Part shown: one piece after another, positions 1 to 12,895 of the stretch
Position numbering within the stretch: the stretch's first letter is position 1
How the letters are laid out: every line of letters starts with the position of its first letter
Assembly (NCBI GenBank): GCA_965153355.1
Contig: OZ231126.1
Coordinates: forward strand, 18,476,001-18,540,000
Source: Flaccisagitta enflata
Taxonomy: Eukaryota
Reading direction: 5' to 3'
Length of the DNA: 64,000 bases
The notes under the pieces: generated by a model
Told to the model about the DNA's origin: nothing
What the model saw: the letters and a program-made list of their open reading frames with translations, nothing else
Database searches by the model: none
Made by a program: the position numbers and the translations under genes

Positions 1-490
1 GATTTGGGCCACCAGACTGGGATTTGGGTCTTGGGACTGGGATTTGGGCCTCAAGACTGGGGGGCGGACGGGCGGATGGAGGAGGGGGAGAAAATCCGCC
101 ATATGTGTGAAAGCATAGGTCATTGACCCCTTCGGGGCCGCTGCCCTGATTCCCCTTCAACTTCCAGCACAACCTACTTGGGCAGGGCACAGGTACCACT
201 GACCATCTAACGCTTTTGCGACTATTCTTCTTTTTCTTCTTTTTTTTCTTTTTTTTCTTTTTTTTCTTCTTTTTCCAGATACACGGCTACCAGATTTTAG
301 GTGACCATGTCGTAGTTTGAACAATTCAGTTTCACAAAACTTGATATACTAAGGGAATCTCAGCATTATGGGGGTGTGAACGAAATTTGTATCGCATCTT
401 TGTGAATGCATATCACTGAACTGATCATTGAGATAAAGTGAATTTGGCTTGTTAACTGCCATATGTCTTCATCAAACGGACTAAAGAGGA

Positions 491-651
491 ACAAGGCTGG
501 ATACACGGCTAACACCAGTTGCGGACGGGTGGGCAGGGGCGAAAATGCAAGTTTTCATACTTTTTGACTCATGTTCAATGACGGACAGACAGACGGACCA
601 ACGGACGGACCGACGGACAATGGCTTTTTTAGAGTTGTGTGTCCGCAACTA
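491..651 (-). mobile_element. DINE/HINE-like short element, subfamily B (AGTTGCGGAC termini)
   Basis: Subterminal inverted repeats, a (GGAC)n microsatellite, and the terminal stem-loop ACAAGGCTGGATACACGGC. Other copies at about 15100-15274, 16871-17005, 44924-45067, 48065-48234 and 56605-56752. Confidence 0.7.
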
Positions 652-3269
652 GAAAGTTGTGAAAACAGAGAAAAGTGCTATTTTCTTGACTCCATAAAAA
701 AAGTTAAAAAAAACGTCAAAAATATTCTGATACTTCAACATGATTTCTTTCTTGTGTTTACCAGAATCTAGACAAATAAGAATATCCATTTTTCCGAAAT
801 GTTCCTTCATTCTTGTTACGATTTACTTCCATCAAAGTTAGAGCGACTTTTAAGCGACAGACCAAAATGAGCTAATTGAGGCCTTTTTTTTTTGCTACAT
901 TGACCTAAGATATGTCGCCCTAGAGATTGGAAAGTGTGCCCAGAGTCATTTGTCATGTCCGGTGCGCCATGTGATGAATGAGGCTGTCAAATATATTGTC
1001 ATATCATAGGATTTAGGGCGCTTTTTTAGTCACAGAAAATCGTGTTTTAAACAGGCCACTTGGTCGCTTGATATGTTCATCTGCTTGCACCGCTCATTCC
1101 GCTACACTTGCTACGCTTGCTCGCTCCATTCACAAGCTTGCTCACTTTATTTAGAAGCTCGCTCACTCCGCTCACTTCCTCGTTGGACACTGAAATTTAC
1201 AGATATGTGTTCATGCTGAAAACGCATTCAACGCGTATTTCCCTAACACGGCCTGCTGGATTCCAAATTGTATCTGTAATTGTAACGTGAAATATTGGAT
1301 GACGCAAAATTGGCTGATATATTGATTTCTGAACGATACAGCCCCTGCCCAGCCACATTACAGCCACGGTCACCCGCTTACTGCCCCTGCTCACCTGCAT
1401 TGCTGCACCTGCCCATCCGCCAGCGACTACTTATTGGTTGTTAATGCGGCTTTGGTTATTTAAAACCGGAGTATGCAAGGGAGAAAAAACTGTCAAATAC
1501 ACCATTTTTACGGCAAATTCAAGGCATGCTCTAACAGCATGTTTTTGGCATCAGACCATACATAATGTTAATGCAATAAGATGGAATTGTTACATGAATA
1601 TGTCTGAAGCCTACCTTCTTTGTTTTTCATAATCTTAGAGCGATTGTAGCGGAATCTGAGAAAAAACATCAAAAATACCTGCAATTTTGCTGTTTTTACA
1701 GCATTTTACAGATATACTGATACTAATTTTCGACATCTTAAGATCAATTCTTTTCAAAATAGTGTCCCTAGACCAGTTTCACTAATTTTGAGTACTGATG
1801 AATCAATGCTGCAGTACATCAAAGAGAAATACGTAAAAAACAGTAAAAATGCTATTTTTACAGCATTTTTACAGCATTTTACAGCATTCTATCGGGAAAT
1901 TTTTGAGAATTTAGTATGAAGTGATAAATTAAGTATTCCCGATGCCCATCCCATTGTTGTTTTTACCTCCTGTTCTTTATTGAACGCCTAAAGCCTCCAA
2001 CAATGCGTGACTATCAAAAACCTTGAGGCAGCTATAAGAAATGTGTTCACACCTAAAGACATTAAATCACAAAAATACTCATAAATCAAGAATGCCTAGA
2101 CTGAGGGACTTGAAATTTTAGGGTTAGATGCAGAATTTGATGCTCTTTCAGACCATACCCAGTGCAAACTTCCCTAGTTTCTGATGATGGGTCTCAATAC
2201 TAGGAATCACAGTGTGACATAAGCGTGACAGGGTGTGAACACATTTCTTATAGCACATTGAAATTTTCATATTTCTACATTGAGACATGGAAAAGTCACG
2301 AAATTTGGCATGAACACTCTCATATGTCTTCACTAAACGGGCAAAAAAGAAAAAGTTGAAAAAATCAAGGAGAGATGAGGTTTTTTTATTAATAATTGGA
2401 ATTTTTCCCAAAAATCGTCAAAGATAGTACTTTTAAAAAAATTTAAAAAATGTATTTTTTCTACGATGAACAAGGTCCTGTCAACAGAAGATTTTAAGTC
2501 CTCAAAACCATAACCAGGACCAATGAAAATGTCCCATTTCTTCATATCATGTCATGTTTTTTCTCAAATTTTACAGTGATGATAGTCAGAGTGACCTAAA
2601 CAGGACATATAGAAATTGGCCAAATCAGCCCTTTTTTGGGTCCCAGATCCTAGTGATATGTCGACACTGAAGAAAGTAGGTTGTTACCAGAGTGCTACCT
2701 GATGTCCCTGACCACCTAGGGACACTTTTCTCAAAAAAGAAATTGAGGAAGGATACTTTATATGTCATTTTATAAGGGTATTTCCTTGGCCCGGCGAATC
2801 CCGAATCTTACCTGGTTCTTCCTCAAATCTTTGACTTTTACGAAGCTGATGAGCTGGTGTGAAGTAGTAGAAAAAGGCTTCCATCCCAAAACTAATTTTT
2901 TTCTCTTTAAAGCTGATAAAGATTGACTGTTGATTCTTGTCCTTATTATCGACTTTTATATTTTGCAAGTTTTTGTAGTAAAAAAAAACATCTCTGTCAC
3001 TTTTCATCTAGTAGTAAGCATAAGCATGATCTTCCATCTTAAAACTAAGTCTTTTTTTCTGTTAAAGCCATTAAAGGTTATTGGTTCTTTTACAATTACA
3101 AGTGTAGTAGTGGAAAAAAGCTTCTATGCCACCTGTGAGCATGAGTTTAAATGAAGTAGTGAAAAAAGGCTTCCATCCTTAAACTAAGTTTTTTTTTAAT
3201 GGTCTAGTGATCTCTTATCCACCTGCACGCAACTGGGGAGGTTATGTGTCTAGGCCTTGTTTCTCTCCT

Positions 3270-3272
<3 letters not shown>

Positions 3273-3354
<82 letters not shown>

Positions 3355-3547
3355 ATCATAATGCATTTTCTTGGAGCCCAGAATTCTGGACATCACTACA
3401 AAGGCAAAAATGGTACATCTCAGGGCACAGAATTCGGGGCAACGATACGCACTCGTAGCGTCATATAGCACGTGACTGAAAAAAGAGAGAGAGCGAGAGC
3501 GAGAGAGAGCGAGAGCGAGAGCGAGAGCGAGAGCGATAGCGAGAGAG

Positions 3548-3638
<91 letters not shown>

Positions 3639-3790
3639 TAAATACCCACACTCAGGGTCATAATTCAATATCAAAGCTAGCTAAGGGAAAAGGGAAGATA
3701 CGATGAAAACATTCATTTCTATAGAAATCTATGCACATCATTACGTACCCTTCAAGACAGATGTGGAGAGAGAGAGAGAGAGAGAGAGAG
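3273..3790. repeat. (GA)n microsatellite cluster
   Basis: Runs at 3273-3346, 3484-3633 and 3765-3790. Similar (GA/CT)n runs at 21186-21241 and 46150-46249. Confidence 0.95.
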
Positions 3791-3914
3791 AAAATGAGAA
3801 ATGGGTAAGAGCGACGGAAATATAAAATTGAAAAAAGGCGTAGATATTTGTTAACGATGGACGTTAACGACAGAAATCCTTGCCAACCACGCTTTGTTAA
3901 CAACATCATTTACA

Positions 3915-4521
3915 CAGTGGGGTTCGTGGAATAACAGCCTAAACTGGAGGAAGGTATTCAAGTGTGTTAATTTCATTTTACAAATTTGATATTTGAAATA
4001 TTAGTTGTTCAATTGATGCTTGTGTCCCTGAGTTTTTCGGTTGCTGTGGAAACCAAAAATTTTTTTTGAACAGTCATAACTGCTATGATATCAATATTTT
4101 CACAAATGTGATAAGGACTAGGGAACATTGTTTAAAATTAAATTTACAACAACTTTCCCACAGTATGTTCTGTAAGAATATTGCTCATTTAGCTGTTACT
4201 AGGGAGCATCATATAGTGGTTGCTATGTGTGATGCTCCCTAGCAACGGCCAAACGAGCAATATTCTTACAGAACATACTGTGGGAAAGTTGTAGCAAATC
4301 TAATTCTGAGCAATGTTCGCTGATTATATCTGTCAAAATTTTGATATTCTAGGGGTTACAAATGTTTGAAAAAATGATTTTTGTTTCCATAGCAACCAAA
4401 AAACTCAGGGACACAAGCATCAATTGGACAACTTATATTCTAAATATCAAGTTTGTCAAAAAGAATAAGGATACTTAAATACCTTCCTCCAGTTTAGGCT
4501 GCTATGCCATTAACCCCACTG
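3915..4521. mobile_element. Foldback MITE (about 607 bp, CAGTGGGG...CCCCACTG)
   Basis: Nearly the whole element is an inverted repeat centred near 4220. A second copy starts at 63474. Confidence 0.85.
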
Positions 4522-4539
4522 TACGTGAGTTGTTTTTTT

Positions 4540-6168
4540 AGTCGCGTGCACGCGACTCTACAACCCGCTTTGTCCGTCGGTCGGTCAGTTGGTCGGTCGG
4601 TTGGTCCGTCACACTTTACTTTTTTTATCAATTTTATTTCTTTAAGTCATTTTTAGTCATTCTAAGTCATTTTAAGTCATTCTAAGTCATTCTAAGTTAT
4701 TCTAAGTCATCTTAAGTCATTTTAGGTCATTGTCATTTTAGTCAATATAGTCCTTTTCATCATTTTAAGTCATTCTAAGTCATTTTAAGTTATTTTAAGT
4801 CATTTCAAGTGATTTTTAGTCATTTCAAGTAATTTAAGGCATTTTAGGTCATTCCAAGTCATTTTTAGTCATTAGTCATTTTTGTCAATATACTCCTTTT
4901 CATCATTTTATGTCATTTTAAGTCATTTTATGTCATTATAAGTCATTATAAGTCATTATAAGTCATTATACATCATTCTAAGTCATTTTAAGTCGTTTTT
5001 AGTCATTCTAAGTCATTCTAAGTCATTCTCAGTCATTTTAGTCATTTTAGTCATTTTAGTCAATGTAGTCATTTCACTTTTTATTTACATGATTATAGGT
5101 AATTGTAGGTCATTATGCAATTTTGGGTAATCATAGGTAATTATAGGTCATTATAGGTCATTAAGCAATTATAGGTCATTAAGCAATTATAGGTAATCAT
5201 AGGTCATTATAGGTTATCATAGGTCATTGAAGGTAATTACAGGTCATTATGTAATTATAGGCAATTATAGGTCATTATAGGTAATTATAGGTTACTATGC
5301 AATTATAGGTTGTTATGCAATTATAGGTCATTATTGGTAATTACAGGTCAGTATATAATCATAGGTATTTATAGGTAATTATAGGTAATCATAGGTAAAA
5401 TACAGGTAATTATAGGTCAATATGTAATTATAGGTAATTATAGGTCAATATGTAATTATAGGTAATTATAGGTCATAATAGGTAATTATAGGTCATTATA
5501 GGTAATTATAGGTCATTATAGGTCATTATGCAATTACAGGTCATTATTGGTAATTATAGATCATTATGTAATTAAAGATAATTAAAGGTAATTAAAGGTG
5601 ATTATAGATCATTATTGGTAATTATAGGTCATTATGTAATTATAGGTAATTATAGGTTATAGATAAAAATAGGTAATAGGAATAGGAAATTATGGGTCAT
5701 CATAGGTAATCAAAGGTCATTAAAGGTAATTATAGGTCATTATGTAATTATAGGTAATCATAGGTTATTAAAGGTAATTATACGTCAGTAGACAATTTTA
5801 GGTATTTATAGCTAATCACAGGTAATAATAGGTAATTATAGGTCATTATGCAATTATAGGTAATTATAGGTAATCATAGGTCATTAAAGGTCATTATGTT
5901 ATTAAAGGTAGTTATGGGTAATTATAGGTATTCATAGGTCATTATAGGTAATTATTGGTCCATATGTAATTATAGGTAATCATAGGTCTTTTCAGGTACT
6001 TACAGGTCATTATTTGATTATGGGTAATCATAGGTAATTATAGGTCATTATAGGCAATTAAAGGTCAATAGGTAATTACAGTCATTATCGTTATTACAGG
6101 AAATAATGTACTTATATAATTAGGCGATTATGTAAGTCTCGCACGCGACTTATAGGTGTTGGCCTTAT
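4540..6168 (+). mobile_element. DINE/HINE-like element, subfamily A, with expanded 10-bp central array
   Basis: 5' hairpin AGTCGCGTGCACGCGACT, a GTCG microsatellite, about 1.5 kb of 10-bp repeats, and 3' GCACGCGACT...GGCCTT. A shorter sibling lies at 52636-53008 (-). Confidence 0.75.
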
Positions 6169-6192
6169 TTTCTTTTATTCTTATCCGATTAG

Positions 6193-8901
6193 CTTCTCAC
6201 TACGGGCACCGTTGACGCCTCGGACAAAATATTCGCAGAATCGTACGACGAAAATGGCAAATGGCTTAAAGGTGAGTATTTCCTCTTATGTAGTACCAAA
6301 AATTTGACAATGATCATTGATGAATTGCACGGGGCGATGTTTCTGTTTATATGGATCTCCGCCTATTACGGCGGCTCACCGCATTGCTTACATGTTCAAG
6401 TTCAAACAAGACCGGGTACAAGAGTGACAAGACCAATACGGGTGGACAGGGAAATGCCGTTTCCCTGGGAAATGGTCATGAACTTGAATTTTGTTTCAAT
6501 CTGTTGACGGGATTTAATAACTTTTTCCAGGTGATGTTCACGCGAGCGGAAACGTTAACGAGTCGAAATCAAACATGTCTAAAAGGGAAATTCCATCAAG
6601 GCCAGATCCAAAGGTAGGTTATTTTTAGGAAGTAACCCGAGGAATTAAGGATGAGCAAAAAAATGTTTACTTGCTTTTCCCGTCATTTATTTGGTTTGGG
6701 CAACTTTGCTTTTAATCATCCACCAACGGCACAAGCCAAAAACTTCGCATGGCTTCTACATTAAATGCGACGTTGACAAAAAACTAACCAACGGTAAGGA
6801 TTCCCCGTTGCAAAAAGCTTAAAAAGAATAAAAAAAGATAGACACCTCACTGATTTTTGCATAAGGGACCTAGAAAAGCTGTAGAACACGATTCTGATAT
6901 TTATTTTGATATAACTTGAGCCAAAAAAATTAAAAATGAGTTTTTGTGCTAAAAACAGCTATTTTTTATTTAAAAAATGGGATGAAATGAAATATTTCAT
7001 GTTTTTTTTTTTCACAGAAACAAAAAGTAACAATAGCAATTGATACATGAGTGAACCTAGAACAATTTTGATTAGGTCTACAAGGTTTAAAAAATCTTCA
7101 CAAATAAAAAAAATGATCAAAAGCAAAAAAATTCTAAAAACTGATACTTTGGAACAGTTTTTAAGAGTAAGATATGCTATCAGTATGAATTTCATCGATG
7201 TATTTAAAGAAACATGCATGTCTAAATGAAAAATGTAAAACCGCAATATGCAAATGAGATCAAGTGCAAATTTTCAAAAACAGTAAAAATTGTGTAAGAA
7301 CACCAAAAATTGAATCAGCACAGTGCAAATGATCAAAGTACATCAATTTCAGTTAGAATTAACCAAAAAATATTGAGAAATTACTATTTTTATAGCAAAA
7401 AACACATTTTTTTAAATGAAAAACCGTTTCTAATTTTTTTGGCTCATGTTAGGTCAAAATGAATATCAGAATCATGTTCTACAGCCGTTTTAGGTCCCCT
7501 ATGCAAAAAACTGTTATATATCTATCTTTTTCTTTTAAAACCCTTAAAATTGAGATTTTCTCTAACCGGAATCCTGACCGCCAAGTTGCGGACCAATGAT
7601 GACGAACAAAAGTTGCCCGTTTTACTCTCAAGCAACCCATTGCATAACGACTTCTGTGGTAACGCCATTTCCAGTATTCTCCATGGCAACGTAACGCCAT
7701 TTTGGCGTCCATATGGCGTTATTTGAGGCTTTATTATTGTTGTCATTGCTGTCACTTTTTTGTCCATCATTTTTACATATTATGAATTTCTTGTGATCAT
7801 TTGAAAAAAAAGTAAAGATAGAAAGAATGTTATGTAATATATTCACCATTGATAATGATTTTTTTCACTTTACTTTTTATTTTTATTTTTTACTTCTTAC
7901 TTTTTATTTTTCATCTTTTAATTTTCATTTTTCATTTTTCTTTTTTTCTTTTTCATTTTTCACTTTTTTTTCATTTTTTATTTTTCAATTTTACTTTTTA
8001 CTTTTTTCTTACTTTTTGATTTTTGATTTTTTTCTTTTTTTTTCTTTTTTTTCTTTTAATTTTTCATACACTTTGATTACATATGTTTCAAAATTTTTAC
8101 ATATTAGCATTTATATATTCTTTTTATGTCATGGTGTTCAGGAACAGGAAATTTTGGTTTCATTTTACTTTTTGCTCGTGATATAGGTTTACTATCAGAA
8201 AAAATTATTGGGATTTCTGTTCAGTATTTTTTATATAATTTATAAGGTGTTTTAACAATGTTTTTAAACTCAGAATACTCACTCTGATTTCATAACGATC
8301 AGAATTAAAGATTGAATATTTGAATTGTTTAGAAAAATAATAAACAAAATTTCAGAACGTTGTTAGGTGAAATTATATTACGGCCTCAGTAAAGGAAATT
8401 TTGCATTTCTAAGAACATGGCCTTTTCCTATATGTTTTTAGAATGAGGCCATGTTTTTGGAAATGCAATTTTTTTTATTTCTATGCAATGATATAATTTC
8501 ACCCAACAGGAGTGAAATGACAAAGTATAATTTTCTGTAAAAAATCACCTTTTTTCTACCTTTTTTCAATATGTTATGTACATAAAATTTGTATTTTAGA
8601 GATTATCTATGCAAAAATCTATAATTCAACACTTAAAAAATGATTTTTCATAAAAAAAATTTCAAAGAAAATTGTTATAAAAAATCTAAAAAATTGTAAT
8701 GACGCTTGAAATTTCTTCTTCCCGTGCACTGCGTCTTATCGAGAATGTTTTGATAAAAATGACCAAAGTTTGAAAATGATCAATCATTCTCTGACATGCT
8801 TAACATGAGATTTGATAACATCAACGCAACATAAAGGCTAAAACGATTCTCTCGGTTTTGGTCTGAGTCTCTCATAGTGAAATAACTACAGAGATACAGT
8901 G

Positions 8902-8950
<49 letters not shown>

Positions 8951-10483
8951 TTTCGTTTTAAGTTTAATAACTAGCTTTAAATAGCTTTGAATAGCTTCAA
9001 ATAGCTTCAAATAGATGGAAATAGCTTTTGATAGCTTTTTATAGCTTTAAATAGACCGTAACGACCGGAAACGAAGTCGTTATATGCAAAAATCGTAACT
9101 ATAGTGTCTTTGATGCTATTGGGGAATAGCAAAATGTGACTAAAAACGGGTTTCCGAATTTTCTACGCAATCCGTTGCTCTCGAGCATCACCAAGAAACG
9201 GACGAACGAAGACACAGCCTCGTCCGCCGCTGAAAAGTAAAGAAGAAATGACCAACTGAACTCGGTTCGGTCCCCTAACAATTCCCTCAGGCTCAGGTGA
9301 CTCCCGTGTCTCCCGTGGCTCCAGTGACTCCCCCTCCTCTGGCGCCGCCCAAAAGCAAGAGAAAGACTCGAAAAGACGCCGGTGATGTCCATGACGACGA
9401 CGAGTTTGACGAAGAGAAACATCACAAATCGCCTTCATCCAGATCATCGTCAGCATCCTCGAAATCAAGTAAGGACATTTTTATTCGCGGACACGCGACT
9501 CTACACCTTGCCGTGTCGGTCCGTCCGTCCGTCCGTCCGTCCGTCCGTCCGTCCGTCCGTCCGTCCGTCACATTTTTTGTTTCAGAGCGGTTTTCGCATT
9601 ACTGCTCCTACCCAACCGTCCGCGACTGGATTGCCGAGTATCCAGCCTTGTTTAGGTGCGACAAAGCTGGCTCACCGTGTTCCCTAGCTGTGATAGGTAG
9701 GAAAAAATGACTCAGCATAGTGACCTATTCTAGGTTGTTGCTTACATGTAGGTGCATCTCACCATATATGAAATTAAAAATTCTGTTGGGATTTTTTTGA
9801 AAAATATACAAATAACACAATTTTTTATACAATTTGTGCCATAAATCTCTGTGATCAATTTTTAGATAATTTTCAAGTTCAGAATTGAATTTAGATGATG
9901 TTCTCTGTTTCGTTTGATATGTCACACTATATACTTTCAAAGAAAGAAAGAAAGTTCATTTTTTGAATATAATACTACAATAATAAATATCATTTTAAGT
10001 ATTTTAAAGTCAAAATGAACTTTTTATTCTTCTTTAAAAGTATATAGTGTGACATATCAAACGAAACATAAAACATCATCTGAATTCAGTTCTGAACTCG
10101 AAAATTATCTAAAAATTGATCACAAAGATTTATGGCACAAATTGTAAAAAAAATTGTGTTTTTTGTATATTTTTCAAAAAAATCCCAACAGAATTTTTAG
10201 TTTCATGTATGGTGAGATGCCACAGCTAGGGAGCACGGCTGTGTCCGTCGGTTGGTTGGTTGGGTGGTAGGGTAACTCACTCGTTTGATGATCCACACGT
10301 CGCACCTCATTGGCCTACTTGGCCTTGTTGAAGGATTGAAGGACTTCAACTTTTGACTTAACCTAGCATCAAAAATACTTCTTTTTTCCCTCAGGCTATA
10401 AAGGAAAATGTCCGACGTGTGGAAGATCAGACCGTCCAGCATCAGCTCATCGAAATTGCTCTACAATATGCAACATCATTTAG
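6193..10483 (+). CDS. 3' part of an unidentified protein ending in CaaX (CNII*); exons 6193-6271, 6531-6613, 9291-9468, 10395-10483
   Basis: Four GT-AG exons joined by phase 1, 0 and 1 introns give one frame: LLTTGTVDASDKIFAESYDENGKWLKG...PVTPPPLAPPKSKRK...CPTCGRSDRPASAHRNCSTICNII*. Upstream exons were not found. Confidence 0.6.
6853..7510. mobile_element. MITE with about 75-bp imperfect TIRs
   Basis: GCATAAGGGACCTAGAAAAGCTGTAGAACA... is inverted at ...TGTTCTACAGCCGTTTTAGGTCCCCTATGC. Confidence 0.65.
9675..10238. mobile_element. Foldback MITE nested in a DINE-like subfamily D copy
   Basis: Ends CCGTGTTCCCTAGCTGTG and CACAGCTAGGGAGCACGG with long inverted arms. The uninterrupted host element is at 46684-46803. 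Confidence 0.75.
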
Positions 10484-10779
10484 ATAGTCAATTCGTCCAA
10501 TGTATTGTTGTTTTCTTCTTTAATGGATATTGGATTGCATGTTAATTTGTTTAGAATAGATTAGATACAGAACGGGATGAAATCAATTATTTGATGAAAT
10601 GATTGTAGGGCTTACTTTGCTTTGATTGACTGCGCATATGCATACCACGGCGTTTAAAAAAAGACGCACCTATTTATTTATTGATAATACGGATACAAAA
10701 AAACAAGTCAAACTTTTGTCAATCAAAACATTTTTTAAAAAATCTTTCATTCTGGACCAAACCATGTACAGGTCTTTTT

Positions 10780-10986
10780 AGTCGCGTGCTACGCGACTCT
10801 ACACCCCGCTTTGTCGGTCCGTCCGTCGGTCCGTCTGTCCGTCCATCCGTTGGTCCGTCACACTTTACTTTTTTGGCGTTATTGGGGGTTTTGGCCTCAT
10901 TGCTCCTACCCAAATGTTCCACTGACCTCAATTATGGCCCCTGCCCACCCGCACGCGACTGGGGTAGCCGTGTATCCGGCCTTGTT
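10780..10986 (+). mobile_element. DINE/HINE-like short element, subfamily A
   Basis: AGTCGCGTG hairpin, (GTCC/GTCG)n, 3' CGCACGCGACT and GCCGTGTATCCGGCCTTGTT. Other copies at about 20553-20743, 34408-34601, 34672-34862, 36959-37148, 37237-37556 and 59392-59569. Confidence 0.75.
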
Positions 10987-11990
10987 GGACAAAATGCGCC
11001 TTTTATGAACGGATTTTGGAAAAAAAGATGATGAAAGTATTTTCAAAAGACTTTCCAAGGGTTTCAAATTTTAATTAGAATTTGGAATTTTGTTGCCATA
11101 ATAAGCCATTCTAAAGCGCGGCTCTTTTTTTAAACGCTTTATGTACACGCGTGACCAAATATTGGTTGCCTAAGTAATTGGATTTTGCTTTGTTGGGAAA
11201 TTTTCGTGATCTTCTAAATAAAAGATTCACGGAGAAACTGTCTATTTCGGTACGGCCAAACGCGGCAAAGTGATAACCACTCGTCAGTCCTTGATTAAAA
11301 TAAATAAAGAATTACTACGGCCACCGATAATGGAATTGGATAATAAAACGATCAAACAATCATAATTGATAATACCATGCCCCCTACAATTTTGCACATG
11401 TTTATCTTTTCTTATGACATGAAATTTTGATACCAAATACAGATAACCATTTTTGACAATCGTCTGTTTTATTTTAGTCGCTAGAAAGCAATTCCATCAG
11501 GCATCAGGCATCAGCCACTTGTCGGTCCTCCGGTCTATCGGGAGAGACGTTTAAGCAGTAAACTAACCTTAGCCACCCACATGCATCACTAAGGTTCTTC
11601 TGTTGTAAAACAAGGCCGGATACATGGCAAGACAGTCGCGGACGGTTGGGCAGGGGCTGTAATGCAAAAACCGCTCGAAATTTAACAATATTTGTTACCG
11701 AAGTACCGACGTACCGACGTACCGACCGACATGGCAAGGTGTAGAGTCGCGTGTCCGCGAATGAAAAGCGAAAGAAGCATTGCTTCAGTTCAAGCGTAGC
11801 GTTTGGTAATTCATGACACAGTTTTAACAAAAACGTTTCAGACTGACGGACATGTCATCTTTTATTCTTTTACAAATACGAGGACGCATGTAACAACCAA
11901 ATCATGAGCCAAAGACGGTGACGTTATTCAAAATTCGTTATGTTGAATTCCTTTAGATTCCTAATGACCAAGAAACAAATGAACAATGAC

Positions 11991-12687
11991 CAGGCCTTTT
12001 TTTAGTGATTTTTTTGGCAGAGCCAATCGGGCTCTCTCCTCACAATTCTACAGAGCCCGACGGCAAAACAGCGAGCCCGGCAAAAAAACAATGCTGGATG
12101 GAAGGCTACCTATATTGTGTTTGGGCGGGCAGGGGTAGTGAGAAAATTTGCTATAAAACATTTGGGCAGGAGAAGTGACATTGAAATCACTTGTAAATGC
12201 AGAAAAAAAGTGTCACTGACCAATAGAGCAACAGAAGGACTAATGAATGAACGGACCAACAGATGGACAAACCAACAGACTTTCCAACATAGTAGGTTAT
12301 AGAGTAGCGTGCAAACGACTTGAAAAACTGAACATTTTGCCCCATTTCTTAAAAATGTATCAGCCTCATGACACTGTCATCTTTCAATGGTAATCTTACA
12401 TCAGTCTCATGATAGAAATAAATCGGACTTAAAGAAAGCAAAAATGATCACATGAAAAAATGAGATGCTTTACTTGTTGATAAATTTACATTTGACGAGA
12501 TGACTATGGCAGTCTCTCTTAACTTGTGTTTTCTTCTTATGATTTTACAAGTCTCTCAATCCATTTGAGTTCAAAACATGGTTTCAATTTTGAGAGAGCC
12601 AGCCGGGCTCAGAGCCAGCAAAACCAGAGAGCCCGGCAGCAAAATAGAGAGCCAATGGCTCGCGGGCTCGCTCTAAAAAAAGGCCTG
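11991..12687. mobile_element. hAT-type non-autonomous element
   Basis: TIRs CAGGCCTTTTTTTAG / CTAAAAAAAGGCCTG, a perfect 8-bp TSD ACAATGAC (11983-11990 and 12688-12695), and subterminal GAGCC motifs. Confidence 0.85.
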
Positions 12688-12895
12688 ACAATGACCACAA
12701 ACCTCTCAGGTTCTGATGGACGCATCAAACGCGATGGAGCGTTTCGTGGTAAGCTAGCACTATTTAAAGGTCGCGATCAAGGAGATCAGCATCGAGAGAA
12801 AAAGTATTTCACGAACATATTTCTCAATAGCAGCTTATTTTCTACTTCGATCTCCGCACGACTCCCGACATTTAAGATATCAAACGAAGAAGATA

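Noticed and set aside
3207..3674. ORFs with poly-ER or poly-LS
   Set aside because: These are translations of (GA)n microsatellites.
3844..3914. Cadherin-like DVNDRNP peptide
   Set aside because: Too short, no supporting exons, and it abuts a MITE.
7553..7658. Open stretch LTGILTAKLRTNDDEQKLPVLL... ending at a GT
   Set aside because: No good acceptor in a compatible phase, and it is not needed for the gene model.
9130..9240. Possible extra exon QNVTKNGFPNFLRNPLLSSITKKRTNEDTASSAAEK*
   Set aside because: Its phase-2 donor is incompatible with the 9291 exon. It could be an alternative last exon, but nothing else supports that.
10780..10986. tRNA-derived SINE interpretation of the dispersed GC-rich repeat
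   Set aside because: No recognisable A/B boxes, cloverleaf or TSD. The subterminal inverted repeat layout fits DINE/HINE better.
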